NCBI RefSeq assembly: GCF_001194135.2
Contig: NC_068996.1
Span: 24,006,216-24,070,215 of the forward strand
DNA length: 64,000 bases
Direction: 5' to 3'
From: Octopus bimaculoides
Lineage: Eukaryota
Notes under the pieces: generated by a model
The model's database searches: none
What the model was told of the DNA's origin: nothing
What the model saw: the letters and a program-made list of their open reading frames with translations, nothing else
In this document: positions 1 through 12,793 of the stretch, one piece after another
Layout: the number at the start of each line of letters is the position of its first letter
Position numbering within the stretch: position 1 is the stretch's first letter
Program-made: the position numbers and the translations under genes

Positions 1-1745
1 GAGGGAAGCAAAAAGTAAGAGATTTACCAATGTTCTGTGACATGAAGATCAGAGGTGTGAGGGGTTCAGAAATGCAAGTGTACTGGAGACAATCAAGATG
101 TCATTGGGGAAAAGTGTGTAGGGAATGGTGACAGCACATTTGGCTTTACTGACACAGAAAATTAAGAGAAGTGGAATAGCTATTACAAGAGGTTGTTGAA
201 TGAGAGAAGAACGAATGCATGGGAGAAAGAGGGTCCACTCCAAATAGACTCAACAGATGGAATAGCCATTCAAGTTGACAGGTGTATGGTTGCAAGCACA
301 ATTAATGATAAAGACAGAGAAGACAGCTGCATCATCATGAGGAACAGTTGCTGAGATACTTAAAAATTATCTGGCAAAATAAGGCACATGGTAATCACTT
401 TGCATGGTAAATGAGGTAACGTAGGAGGTTGACACACCCAATGGCTGGTATAGCAAGCAGTATTATTGTCAACTGCTACATGAGCAAAGGAAGAGAAAGA
501 GAGATGGGGGTGGGTGCAATTACAGAGTCATCAAATTGTTGTATAAAGTCAAGAATTTTGCAGAAAAAGTTAAACAAGATGTGATGTATTTTGGGAAGAA
601 CATAACTGGGAACAACGCTGAACTATATTTAGCACTCAATGAACTATGATGGCCTGTCAATCAGTAAAATGGCAGTCTGTAAGGAAACTAAATATAGATG
701 GATGGCTTGTGACAGCCCTTACAAGCCACATACAACAGTGTGAGTCAGTTAAGACAGTCAACAATGAGTTTGGCAATGGATTTAGCATATATGTAAGGAT
801 TCATCAGAACTAAGTTCTAAGTACTCTCCAGTTTATTATTGTCTTAGAGACCATATAACAGAATAGTTTAAGACAGGCTGTCTGTGGAAAGCCCTGTATG
901 ATCTAATTCTTATAGCAGAATTTATAGAAAATTTGGCAGAGAACAAATTCCAAACCTGGAAACAAAACTCAGAATTTAGGGGTTTCAAAGTAAACATAAC
1001 AAAGGCTAAAGTTTTAGTATGCAAGAAAGAAAGCTATCATCAAAGAAATAGCTGTACTCAATATGCTGAAAAGAAGTCAGTAGAAAATTCCATACAGTAT
1101 ACTCAGCTTAAACTATGGAGTCACAAAAGGTGTTGTGAGAATCACAAGAAGGCAGAAATTGAAGGGAGATTTCCTATGTAATAGCTGTACCAGATTACCT
1201 ATGTAATAGCTGTCATCATAGTAAGAGTTGTTGGCACTCCGTCGCTTACGACGTCGAGGGTTCCAGTTGATCCGATCAACGGAACAGCCTGCTCGTGAAA
1301 TTAACGTGCAAGTGGCTGAGCACTCCACAGACACGTGTACCCTTAACGTAGTTCTCAGGGATATTCAGCATGACACAGTGTGACAAGGCTGACCCTTTGA
1401 ATTACAGGCACAACAGAAACAGGAAGTAAGAGTGAGAGAAAGTTGTGGTGGAAGAGTACAGCAGGGTTCGCCACCATCCCCTGCCGGAGCCTCGTGGAGC
1501 TTTAGGTGTTTTCGCTCAATAAACACTCACAACGCCCGGTCTGGGATTCGAAACCGCGATCCTATGATTGCGAGTTCGCTGCCCTAACCACTGGGCCATT
1601 GCATATCCACCATAGTAAGAGTACAAACAAAATTAAATCCAGCAAATACTCAGAAGCTCCCTTTCAAGTTATCTGTCACTTTTGTTCCTTAGACGACCTA
1701 ATCAGCAGTAGAGTTTTATGCACTGAAAACGTAGTAAGAGACCAG
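1..1745 (+). mobile_element. Decayed RTE-clade LINE reverse-transcriptase region, interrupted by a SINE at 1229-1610
   Basis: Frame-disrupted translation: TGCLWKALYDLILIAE (about 872-920; RTE GCPWELLYADDLxLIAE), then ENKFQTWKQNSEFRGFKVNITKAKVLV...NSIQYTQLKLWSHKRC (ORF 933-1181), and after the SINE FQVICHFCSLDDLISS (RTE xEVVDSFCYLGDxISS). Many stops and frameshifts; the element runs off the window start. Confidence 0.85.
1229..1610 (-). mobile_element. Young tRNA-derived SINE (family A), copy 1
   Basis: Minus strand begins GTGGATATGCAATGGCCCAGTGGTTAGGG (A box) with a B-box-like GGTTTCGAATCC and ends GACGGAGTGCCAACA(AC). Target-site duplication CATAGTAAGAGT at 1217-1228 and 1611-1622. Highly similar to the copies at 15254 and 41552. 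Confidence 0.93.
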
Positions 1746-2149
1746 GATGAAGGATATTCAGGATTTATTACCTTGGTATGTGTCTCTCTTGAGTGAAAAG
1801 GTAGACAGCATGACATATGGAGGGGGAGGGAGTTGCAGGGTAGTGAGACTTGATTATTTCTCTAGTGCCTGTGTTAAAATAAAATGTACCCAATACATGA
1901 CTTAAAAGCTGGCATCTGGAATGCATCCAGCCATATACCTATGTTCATATGAGTATGCGTAGGTATGACTATGTGGATACAGAGTTCACTTTGTTACCAC
2001 ATAATCCCAAGATCGATATTACTGCATCTTGGACGAGTGTCTTCTACTGAAGCTTCGGATTCACCAAAACCTTGTGAGTAAAATTAGTACATGTGTGTGT
2101 GTGTGTGCATGCATGCACATGCATGCACACACATATGCATTATAAGTCC

Positions 2150-2520
2150 ACCCACCACATTTCTTGGGCCATCATCACTACTTCAAGGTCCTGGATACAT
2201 TCCAGGCTAGTGTCTGCAATGAAGTTGTTGATGTAAGTGTGACAATGTTTTTCTCTTTTTACATCATCATAAAGTAGTTTCCACAAGACTAGTTTGGATG
2301 CTTCCAGTTCAGGGTGGTGTATGCAGTGACCAGATAGTTTCAGTCATCTTTGCTTGATCTTCTAGCTAACTTTCAGCAGGTCTCCATAAAAGCATTCATT
2401 TGAGATATGTTGCTGCCATTTCACATTTAGAGCAATTCGTAGCATTCTTGTGTAACATTCATTTAAACTGTTCGACTATTTCTTTGTCAGTGATTTGACA
2501 GTTGCAATGAACATGTGTAT
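2150..2520 (-). mobile_element. Decayed RTE-type LINE, 3' part of RT ORF
   Basis: Minus translation ECYTRMLRIALNVKWQQHISNECFYGDLLKVS*KIKQR*LKLSGHCIHHPELEASKLVLW matches the RTE C-terminal pattern (CYTRMLRxALNVxWxQH...LRLAGHCxRHPE...KLVLW). Confidence 0.8.
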
Positions 2521-3419
2521 CTGTCTGAACGATTACATTCTGTGATTAAAGTAATATATGATGATGTTCGTCATCATTCTCTGCTAACAAAAAGTACCAT
2601 AGCTTGGCATTTTAAAAGACAAAAACAATAAAAAAAAAATCTTATTACTTGAAAAACAGGAAAGAGTTAGTGACAGGAAAGGCACCCAGATGCAAAAACA
2701 ATGCCCCTTCAATACATATTTGTTCAAACAATGCTAATTAGTTAAAAAAAAAAAAAAAAGTAGAGCAAACAAACAAGCATTTAATTATCTTGGTCTGCCA
2801 GATCCCATGCTAAGCACTCAAGGTCATCAATGCAAAATTCTACTTTTTTGTTCATTTTAGGAAAATTAGCAGTGGCATTAATTCTTAGTTTTAAACAATT
2901 TCATTAGTTTGAAGTTGAAGTGGTGTCTACCTACAATACATTTTTTATTAATAATAAAAATCAAATAAATTTCTTATATATCCTGCACAATGAAACCACC
3001 CAATTGCCGTATTTGTTATGAGAGAATCTGAGAAAAAGACATGTAAGTTGTCTTGCAAACAACTCGCATATGCAAGCGCTACCAGTCGTGAACTCCACAT
3101 ACCAGAAGCCAGCAAGTGTATGGGGTAATCAGGAGAGAATGCGCGCCGTTTTGGGGCCTACCTCTCGACGGCATCAATGCGCACCGGCCTCCCTCACTGA
3201 TATGAGGCCCCGCTTGTTAGGTCAACTGGTTACTAAAAACAAAGCTCAATATTTCTCTAGCTATCGCTCATCGTCTCTTTTTAACCAAATCCAGTGGCTA
3301 GCTTTCTCCACTGTATTTTGGATATCGGTCATAGACTAATAGAATAATTATGAAGCAAGATACTTAGATACAACCATACAGCATAAAGTACAGTATAATG
3401 CAAGAACACTTTTTCCAAG

Positions 3420-3848
3420 TTAACTCCCTAAAACAGAGAATGGAGTAGGTTCTTAATCTTCTTGCTACCACATTTCTGTTGAAATACACTCCTAGTTTCA
3501 ATTAATTTTGTAAATAATAAAAATAATAAAGACTTTAGTTAAGTAACTTTATAAAAACTGTTTTTTGGATATAAATTAACACAAAATTTTGATAGAAGAT
3601 TCTAAGACTTACTTTAACCCTTCAGTTACCCCATTTCTGTTAAAATATACATTGCCTTTGTCTCAATTAATTTAAAGAATAAAAATTTATTAAAATGAAT
3701 AGGGTTTTTTTTTTAACATCAGTAGGTGTTTGGGACATAATTTAACATGATATTTTGATGGAAGGTTTTAATTTAGATTACTTTAAAACAGGATGTTTGA
3801 ATCATTGAACTGGGACACTCTCAGTTGGGTTGATATGGAAAGGGTTAA
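3420..3848. mobile_element. TTAA-flanked piggyBac-like MITE family 1, two nested or abutting copies
   Basis: Inner copy 3618-3844 reads TTAA|CCCTT...AAGGG|TTAA (TTAA at 3614-3617 and 3845-3848). The body matches the AT-rich units at 5180-5564, 9540-9720, 13210-13680, 33820-34025, 34550-35020 and 60230-60720. Confidence 0.75.
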
Positions 3849-4130
3849 GATACAGCAAGTATCAAGTGACAACTATTATTAACTGAGGAAAGTTGTTAAG
3901 CAGATAAATTCTTTCTTATGAAGAATAACCTGTAAACATCGAAAAGTTATGTGAGTAAGAGAAGTTTTTCCCAAGCTAATTTGTATATAATATTAACATT
4001 GATGACTGTAGGTATGCACTTCCATATTTTATTTCAACATCAGTTAGTTGTACTCAAGTTCAAAGACAATTAAGCTTTATACTGAATTTTTAGGTTGTCT
4101 GTCATTACTAACTTAAACTTGTAATCCACT

Positions 4131-4495
4131 ATGGCTGATATACTAACCAGCAAGCACAATCCAGATATCTTTTATTATATTTGCAGTAATAGGTTTGTTA
4201 GAAGAGAATATCTCGTGTATTTTGAAATGCAATTAAATAATTGGAACAAAAATTGGGCCCTGCATTTTGTTGAACTTGTGCAAAGTTTGAAGCAATGGAT
4301 CAAAAGGAAAAGGAAGAGAATGGGCTTTGATATGCCAATGAGAGGGAGGGAATTGATGAACTATCTTGATGATTATGTCAGTATCATTGGTATTTCTGGA
4401 AATATCTCCAAGACTAAATGTCAAAAATAGATTGCCCAAACTTCCCCCTCAGCCATAAGACCTATTCCTCATTGTGATGAAGTTGACTGCTTTTG
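4131..4495 (+). pseudogene. Decayed N-terminal fragment of an invertebrate DNA-transposon-encoded protein
   Basis: HNPDIFYYICS...YLVYFEMQL...KNWALHFV...SLKQWIKRKRKRMGFDMPMRGRE..NYLDDY, then (frameshifted) PNLPSAIRPIPHCDEV. This parallels the widespread motif series NNPDxFCYICG/AYxAYFGMKLGDQDKxWAPH/PMVWREPxNHxDDCYFC/YPNLxSAIRPVPHS. The catalytic region is absent and the superfamily is not assigned. Confidence 0.8.
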
Positions 4496-4507
4496 TATTT
4501 AAATAAG

Positions 4508-4720
4508 ATAGCTGGCAGAATCATTAGTAGGTCGGGCAAAATACTTGGTGGCATTTCATCTGTCTTTACGTTCAGAGTTCAAATTCTGTCAAAGTTGACT
4601 TTGCCTTTCATCCTTTTGGGGTCAATAAGAAGAGTACCAGTTGAGCACTGGGATCAATGTAACTGACTCACCTCCTTCCCCGAAAATGCTGGCCTTGTGC
4701 CAAAATTTGAAATCAATAAG
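4508..4720 (+). mobile_element. tRNA-derived SINE family C (central motif GTTGACTTTGCCTTTCATCCTTT(C/T)GGGGTC)
   Basis: Head AGCTGGCAGAATC..TTAG, B-box-like GAGTTCAAATTC, conserved central motif. Further copies at about 28150-28370(+), 30170-30365(-), 30980-31200(-), 46150-46330(+), 48850-49060(-), 49490-49700(-), 49890-50100(-), 59040-59240(+). The central motif resembles, from memory, the MetaSINE-type domain (unverified). Confidence 0.85.
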
Positions 4721-4956
4721 TTAGATGCCATTGATGAATGAGAATGTTGCAGAAATTTAGTAACAGAAGGGTTAAAAAATGTTTTAATGGTTAATGTACA
4801 GACTGTCCACTCCATTCATCAAGTTATAAAACCATGGATTTGGTACAGAGCTCAAATACTTTTAACACAATTGAATGTTTGGAGATTTTAAAGAGATTTG
4901 CACACTGCTTGGCAAACAAAGCGGTTGCATCATAAAATTTCCTTTTTGTGTGTTAG

Positions 4957-4990
4957 TTCATTGGACAGACAAAATAAAAGAAATCACAAG
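4957..4990 (+). CDS. Candidate 34-nt internal exon (xHWTDKIKEIT[R/S] or SLDRQNKRNHK)
   Basis: Acceptor TTTCCTTTTTGTGTGTTAG|, donor AAG|GTGAGA, two open frames, unique sequence. No homologue recognised. Confidence 0.3.
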
Positions 4991-5179
4991 GTGAGAAAGG
5001 ATTGACCAGAAAGAACAAATTTTGATGTTGGAAGAAACGATATCATTAATACTCATCACCTACTTACTCTTAGTAAAACCAGAAAATATCTTTTTCTTAG
5101 AAGTTCATATCAAATTATGCTTGATGAAACAATTAATCCTTTACATGGAGTAACTCTTTCAAATACCAAGTGTGGAAAA

Positions 5180-5564
5180 TAACCTGGTTTTAAACCTTTT
5201 GTTACCTTATTTCTTGTAAAAAAATACATTACTTTTGTTTCAATTAAATTTGCAAAATAATGATGAATTTAGTAAAGTAACTTTGTCATAATTAGAACAT
5301 AAATTAACATGAAATATTGATGGGAAATTTTAATTTAGATCACTTTAATTCTTTAGTTATCATATTTCTGTTGAAACACACTACGGTTGTTTCAATTAAT
5401 TTTGAAAATAAGAATTTAGTAAAACAGCTGCCTTTACAGCTGGTGTCTGGAACATGAATTGACAAAATTTTGATGTCAGGTTTTCATTTAGATCATTTTA
5501 AAACATGCAATTTGTATCATAGAACTAAGGGTGGTCACAGACCAGTTGGTATCAGAAGGGTTAA
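5180..5564. mobile_element. piggyBac-like MITE family 1, nested pair
   Basis: The second unit restarts after the internal ...AGATCACTTTAA (5345-5348); the array ends AAGGGTTAA. Confidence 0.7.
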
Positions 5565-6446
5565 GTAAAAAAACCAAAAAAACCTGAAACAAGTATATCT
5601 TTGAGATAGACCTAAGATAAGAACATTAATGAAAAACGAACTATTTGCAAATTTACTTTTAAATCTGTGGGAGAAAAATGCTTGGGTAGCATCCATAGAA
5701 GTTATGAATAACTTCTGGGGCAACAACAAATCTGAAAACTATGAAGACTTAGTGAATTAGTTCTTTCCTTCCAGAAGTTAGAATGTAATATGAGCATTAA
5801 AGTGTATTTCTGTCACAGTCATTTAGACTATTTCCCTGCCAATTTAGGGGCTGTTAGTAAAAATATCAGAGACCGCTGAATACAAATATGAAAGCAGACA
5901 ATTGTTGGTGCCTAATAAGAGAATGAAACAAAAGTGATTATGTTCGACAATCCAAAAAGAAGAAGAAAAAAAAAACTGCTTCCTTAAACAGTGCACTTGC
6001 CGAACCGAACTTGTTTTTTATGCTTATTCTACATCTTCAGACGTTGAATTAATATGAAACAGATGGAATTTGTTGGCTGGGTTGATGCATTTCTTCCCAT
6101 AATGCAATGCTGTTTACTATTACACACACACGCATGTGTGTGCGTGTGTGTGTGTGTGTGTGCATGCACGCGTGTGAAAGTGTGTGTGGATGTGATTTCA
6201 GTCATATTTGATGTGTTTTACTGTTTTTTCATGACTGGAGAATACAAGAATGACTATGTTTGTGTAATAAAATATGCCAATTTTTAATACATTTTTGCAA
6301 AATATATCTGGCTTTTATAAATATAAACAATACTTGGCATCATAGAGAAGTTCTTCCAAAATTAGAAAAGATGGATGCCTTATATGAAAAAAAAGCAATG
6401 AATTTTTTTCAAAATGTTGTGCAGTCTAACATACACCTACCCTACC

Positions 6447-6484
<38 letters not shown>

Positions 6485-7441
6485 GAACAAACAATAAAAT
6501 TAAGGTACAAAGCATCTAGTGTAATCCAAATGGTAATTTGTGATAATCCAGCAACAGCCTCGAGTGGTACTCCAAAATTCAGGATGGAAATGGTGGAAGA
6601 TGGATGTCCACATGAATGTGCGATGAATAGAGACAGACCATAAAAAATGACCAATGCAAGGGATAAACTACAGAAGTTTTCAAGCCGGGACAGAAGGATT
6701 ACATAGAAAGAAAATTGAAGTGTCAGTGGTAGTAGAATTTAATACACCCAGGCATGGCTGTCTGGTAAGACTGCTTCCCAACCACATGGTTACAGGTTCA
6801 GTCCCATGACATGACATCTTAGGCAAGTGACACTTGCCATTACATCTATGAGACAACAAATACCTTATAAGTGGATTTGGAAGACAGAAATTGAAAGAAG
6901 CCCATCATGTGTATCATCATCATCATCATCATCATCATCATTTAATGTCTGTTTTCCATGCCGGCATGGGTTGGCTGGCTTTACAAGAACTGGCAAGGCC
7001 AGGGGTTGCACCAGGTTCCATAGTCTGTTTTGGCATGGCTTCTACAGTTGGATGCCCTTCCTAATGCCAGCCACTTTACAGAATGCACTGGGTGCTTTTT
7101 TTGTGTGGCACCATCATCAGTGCTTTTTACGTGGCATTAGCACTAATACTTGATTTCAGGATCTCAGTGGTGGGCATGTCTTCTCAAGTACGGCAATGTT
7201 GTCACATATTTTGGTCCTCTTCATTAAGTTCAGCATTTTGAGATCAATATAGTCTTCTACCTGGCCAGCTCCTGTCAAACCATCCAACCCATGCTATGGA
7301 AGATAGGCACTAAATGATATTGATATATATATANNNNNNNNNNNNNNNNNNNNNNNNNNNNNNNNNNNNNNNNNNNNNNNNNNNNNNNNNNNNNNNNNNN
7401 NNNNNNNNNNNNNNNNNNNNNNNNNNNNNNNNNNNNATATC

Positions 7442-7700
7442 AATCATCATCATCATCATCGTTTAACATCCGCTTTCCATGCTAGCATGGGTTGGACAAT
7501 TTGACTGAGGACTGGTGAAACCAGATGGCTACACCAGGCTCCAATCTGATTTGGCAGAGTTTCTACAGCTGGATGCCCTTCCTAATGCCAACCACTCAGA
7601 GAGTGTAGTGGGTGTTTTACGTGCCACCGGCACGAAGGCCAGTCAGGAGGTACTGGCAATGACCACGCTCAAAATGGTGTATTTTACGTGCCACCTGCAC
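7442..7700 (-). mobile_element. RTE-LINE 3' UTR / RTE-tailed repeat ending in (GAT)n
   Basis: Reverse complement of ...GGAAGGGCATCCAGCTGTAGAAACTCTGCCAAATCAGATTGGAGCCTGG...CCCATGCTAGCATGGAAAGCGGATGTTAAACGATGATG. Near-identical copies at 18575-18790(+), 32066-32395(-), 45690-46060(+), 59440-59765(+); older copies at 6930-7140, 26400-26800, 39150-39760. Confidence 0.85.
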
Positions 7701-8564
7701 AGGATATATATTATATAATATATATATATATATATATTATACAATGTGTGTATATAATGTATTGTTCACTTTGTTGTTTACTTTCTGCATTTTCTACATG
7801 CTGCCTTCTCAGTTTTTTCACGTTTTACCTATTGTTCAATTTTTTTTTTACTTCATCATGATATGTGGTTTGCACCTGAAGAATATGTTTTTGAGTATTG
7901 TAGAATATCTGAATCAGATATGGACAGTTTAAATGCTAAAAGTTTATATTTATTTTTCATTTTTTTTTTAATGAAAAAAACAAAACAAAAACAAAATAAA
8001 TAGGATGACCATGGTTAAATTCTTTGTACATGTATGTGACCCACATTTTTAGCACATGTACAAAACCAAATTGAATACGACATGACTATCTTGTTTTGAA
8101 AACAAATTTCTGTTTTAAACCGTGAAGTTCAGGATACCCATAACATGAATCACCATATAAAATGTGTTATCAGCTAAATATCATCCATTATCTATTACAT
8201 AACTATATGCCTTTTATACTATATTTATGAATTAATGTCCTCATTTCATTCAGTGTATTCTTTTTTTATATTTTCCCTTTGTTTACATTTTATGAAGCAA
8301 TTCATCCTTGCTATTCATTATAATAATGGAACTCACACTTGAATTGAAATAAACAAAAATAAATGTTCAGTGATTTAAAATCATGAGGACAACAGATTGG
8401 ATCAAGTTTCTTCTCAAAATATTGGAAGAGAAATAGTACAAAAGTTGTTTGTTATTTTTTAAAAACACTGGTCACTATTTTCGCCTACATGTATGGTCAA
8501 GTGTGGTCACTTAATTTTCCTCCTGACTGGTGTTGCTTTATATGAAGTAAATACTACATGTATT

Positions 8565-8935
8565 GCTTCCCAACCACATGGTTCTAGGTTCAGTCCCCCT
8601 GTGCATCACTTTGGGCAAGTGTCTTCTACTATAGCCTCAGGCCGATCAAAGCCTTGTGAGTGGATTTGGTAGACAGAAACTGACAGAAGCCTGTCATGTG
8701 TGTGTGTGTGTGTATATTTATGTGAGTGTGTCTTTGTGTCTGTTTGTTCCCCCCCCCCGCCCCACTCAGCATTGCTTAACAACCGATGTTGGTGTGTTTA
8801 TGTCCCTGTAACTAGCAGTTTGGTAAAAGAAACAATACAATAAGTTTGAGGCTTACAAAGTCCTGAGGTCAATTTGTTCAACTAAAAAACCCTTAAAAAT
8901 GGTGCTCCAGTATGGATGCAGTCAAATGATTGAAA
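8565..8935 (+). mobile_element. CORE-like tRNA SINE family B copy
   Basis: CTTCCCAACCACATGGTTCTAGGTTCAGTCCC...TTGGGCAAGTGTCTTCTACTATAGCC (CORE-like TTGGGCAAGT block), internal (TG)n, 3' GCAGTCAAATGATTGAAACAAG. Confidence 0.85.
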
Positions 8936-9083
8936 CAAGTATATATATATTATTACACCTATTTAGTATAATTTGGATAAAAACCTTATAATATGCGTGT
9001 AATTTCGCTACCATATCTTATCCTACGATAGAGTATATTTCAGGGCTGGATATATATATATGGAACTCCTCTTTGCATAAGAT

Positions 9084-9184
9084 TAATACAAGAACAATAT
9101 AACACAAGGGTGAAGGATATCAGGTTTTGATACTATTATGGCCTGACATCCTCCTTCCTCATGTTATATTTTTCTTATATATTA
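9084..9184. repeat. Imperfect fold-back (MITE-like), ~40-bp arms
   Basis: TAATACAAGAACAATATAACACAAGGGTGAAGGATATCAGG pairs imperfectly with CCTGACATCCTCCTTCCTCATGTTATATTTTTCTTATATATTA; 17-nt spacer. Confidence 0.65.
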
Positions 9185-9916
9185 TACTTATATATATAGG
9201 TAAATACTATGTATATGCAATAATAATAACTCCAGAAAGTAGTTTTGTAAAATAGATGCTTGCATCTATTTTACAGGATACTGCAAGAGCCAAACCATGA
9301 CTTGTCAGCAAAGTATAGCACATCTATAATCTTGTGTTAAAAAGACGGTTTCTTTTCTTTGGAAAGGGGTTCAGAAAAATCAGACTGTGCCTAATAAACC
9401 AGCAAATAAATAAAGTGTATGTATGGCAGCCTCTTTCATCATCTTCAATGCAGGAGTTGGTCAATAAACTGAATAAACTGAATGATCTAATCAGTGAATT
9501 AGTGTGCGAAGTGGCTGAATATTGCACAGATGCATGTTCTAACTCTTTTGATACCAACCCACCTGAAAATAACCCTGGATTCATGGTCCAAAGTGATTTA
9601 AATTAAAACCTTCCATCAATTTTTTTATGTTCTAAACATCAACTTAATAATTAAAAAGGCTATTTTGCTAAATTATTCATTATTTTCAAACTCAACTGAA
9701 ACAAAGGCAGTGTATTTTTGGATGATGAACAGGTGAACAGAAAATGATAGCAGAGAGCTTCATCATTTTGCTAGTTTTTCCTGCAGTGCTGTTCCAGTGT
9801 AGATTATCTCACAAAAAGTATCATCTTTGATAAGAGTCATCATATGCTTATACAGACATATCTAACAGCTTATCTAAGGTCATACTATAAATATTTAACA
9901 CTTCCTTTAATATCAG

Positions 9917-9954
9917 TGGCCTGTCAACAGGATCTCGCTCCATACAGTATCAAG
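9917..9954 (+). CDS. Candidate exon (38 nt; or 168 nt if the upstream acceptor at 9786 is used)
   Basis: Donor AAG|GTATGA at 9954/9955. Acceptors CTTCCTTTAATATCAG| (9916) and TTTTTCCTGCAG| (9786). The 9787-9954 version is stop-free in phase 0 for 56 codons. Confidence 0.3.
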
Positions 9955-9996
9955 GTATGATATCATAATATATCTAAGCTACATAGTAGACATACA

Positions 9997-10038
<42 letters not shown>

Positions 10039-11754
10039 CACAGATGAGATCCAGAGATTCTCCATATAGAAGACACTTAGTAGTGCCCAAAGGATTCAAA
10101 CTTAGACCCTGATACCTTTACAGGGGATCATTCCACAAGGTAAAGAAAAGCTACAAGAGGAATCAATTGCCCTCTTTCTGTGTGTGTGTGTGTGTGTGTG
10201 TATACACACACATACATACATACAACTGGCTATTTTCAGTTTCTCTAAATTGCTTCAGCCTGAGGCTATAGTAGATGACATATGCAAAAGGTGCTGCGCA
10301 GTAGGACTGAACCTAAAACCACATGGTTGCAAAGCAAGATTCTTAACCACACGGCCATGCCTGCACTTATATTTCACACAAAATATAATAAACTATATAT
10401 TGGAATGCAATCATTATTAAAATAACTTTTCACTTTTGAAGAAGTTATTAATGCAGTTTTAAATATCATGTAAATATGAAATAAAATTTAATTCTTTGAT
10501 TGTTTTAAATTAAAATTTTGTAATCATCATTATCATCAAAGTTTAACATCCACTTTTCCATGCTTGCATGGATCAGATGGAGTTTATTTGAGGTGAATTT
10601 TTCTGCAGCCAGATGCTCTTCTTGTCACCAACCCTTATCTAATTCCAATGACCAGTTTTCGTGGAAAACTGGACATAAACAACTTTTACTTCTATGATGG
10701 TGATGATCATTTACAACCATCATGAGATAGCTAGACAAGGATACACACACACACATACATACAGATTATACACATACACAAAAGGCTTCCTTCAGTTCCT
10801 GTCTACCAAATCAATTCACTAGAGCTTGGTCAGCCCAGGGTTAAAATAGAAGACACTCACCTAAGTTGTCATGCAGTGTGACTGAACCTGAGACCACAGG
10901 ATTTAGAAACAAGCTTTGTAACTGCGTACATTACATTTCAATGAAAGAATAAATTATTTTCTATCTTCCATGATATTTGAATTAGTGCGCTAACTTTTTG
11001 GAGATATGACTTTTCAAATGCAGGCTTTATTTAATAATGACAATGTTTCAAATATATACTATCTCTTCCTCTCGTGTCCATGTGTGTGTGTGTGTGTGGC
11101 AGCATTATGGGATGAATAAAAAAGCATGTGTGCATGAGAGATATAGATTAAAGAAAACTAGATTGCTTTGAGCCTCAACAGCAGCCTTTCAGAAGCTACA
11201 GGAATGACTGCATGTCAGGATCAAATGATTCTTCTTTATGTTGCCCATCACGCTGCCAATAACGGCAGTTTTCAAGAAGTCCTTTGTATTATGGCGCTGC
11301 AGATGTAATTTGGTGGAGAAGGAGTGTATCACATCAAAGGAGCCAGAAGGTCACATGATAATAGAAATTCTTGACGAGTCATTTCTGGGTTATGAAGGTC
11401 AACTAGGGGCACATATAGCTTTTGTTTGTTCTCAACTTTAACCCCAGGACTGGCCGCTGTTTCCAGCACCTCAACATGTAGATAGCATTATCAAACCTGA
11501 GGCTCTGCTGAAAAGCATGAAGGTACCTGACATGCCCCACCTGACCTCAAAAACTGAAATTCCCTTGCTTACTAGATTAAATATGTTAGTCTCCACTTTA
11601 CAACATATATGTGTGTATATGTATGCATGCATACACACACACATAACTGTAATGGATTGCAATTGCATAAACAATGCCCTACATTGCTGGCATTAGATGC
11701 ACACACAAGCAACTGCAATCAATAAGGACTGTGTGTGTGTGTGTGTGTGTGTGC

Positions 11755-11813
<59 letters not shown>

Positions 11814-11978
11814 GTTGTACAGTTAAGAGGTTTTCTTCACAACCATGCATTTTGGGGTTTGGTACCACTGCATGGTATGAAGCGTTTAGTAGGCAGATAA
11901 GATTGCATGAAACTTTGGTTCTCAGCCTCCTCCAGTTTGTTATAGTTCTCTGATGCAGGAGTTTAAGGCCAGCTGACC

Positions 11979-12600
11979 ATGAGGACTCAGATTAATGATC
12001 TAGGAGTTAGAGCAGATTCTGCAGAAGATTTAGAGAAGAAAATCCAGACATCAAAACAAACCCTAGTACCAAGAGGGCTCGGAGTAAATTCAGTCAAGAC
12101 TAAAAGAAAAGAAGGCAATGATGCTGTTACCATAAGGAAATGGTCATATTTGATATGCAGAAAAGGAATAAGTAGGAACTGCATAAGGTGTACCAGTGTT
12201 AACAAGAGGTGTAATGGGATCATAGAAAGACTAACAGAAATGAGAGACTTATATGTGGCAGATGTAAAGATGTAGTTATTAAGCTGAGTACTGTTAAATA
12301 GATTCTCTCCAATGTTCAGAAGGTTCCACAGAAATGATGTGGTAACTTCTGTTACCTAGATGATCCAATGAATGATGTACGAGGGTGCTCTGAAATCGCA
12401 GTAGCAAGAATAAGAAAATTTCTTCTGGTGACAAAGGAATTCTCACATGATGTAAAGGTTATATTGTATGAAGATGTGTAAGAAATGTGACACAGGCAAT
12501 GAATGCTAGAAAGAAATGAAGTGAGCATTGTCCATTGGATGTGTAATGTCTGTGGGAGAAAATGGTGGGACACATGTAAGTCAAATGATAAGCTGGGTAT
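11979..12600 (+). mobile_element. Decayed RTE LINE RT C-terminal region
   Basis: INDLGVRADSAEDLEKKIQTSKQTLVPRGLGVNSVKTK...ICRKGISRNCIRCT, then GCSEIAVARIRK...LVTKEFSHDVKVILYEDV and LERNEVSIVHWMCNV. Same family as 1-1745. Confidence 0.85.
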
Positions 12601-12793
12601 ATCGAGTGATAAACTGGAATTATTTGTGGTGTGTAATTGGGGTACTTGCACTGGTACAGATATATATTGTATAAGGGTAATAACTGTTGGGGAAAGAAAT
12701 GCCAGGTGACATAAAGGGGAAGAAAAGCTATTTGAGAAGGACATATACAGAAATAGTGAAAATATATCTCAAGACTTTTATCATCACAAAGGT

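Noticed and set aside
6260-6643. 127-aa ORF
   Set aside because: It reads through a (CA)n tract and has no domain signal.
7515-7718. Recurring ORF MKPDGYTRLQSDLAEFLQLDALP (also at 32129 and 59431)
   Set aside because: Antisense translation of the non-coding RTE-tail repeat; it recurs only because the repeat is multicopy.
9334-9606. Overlapping 90-aa (+) and 86-aa (-) ORFs with a coiled-coil-looking stretch
   Set aside because: The 3' part is translated MITE sequence, no homologue was recognised and the frame is ambiguous. A plus-strand acceptor at about 9366 was noted but not supported enough to call.
11150-11560. Unique-looking block with ~50-70-codon frames
   Set aside because: No convincing splice pair or recognisable motif in any frame.
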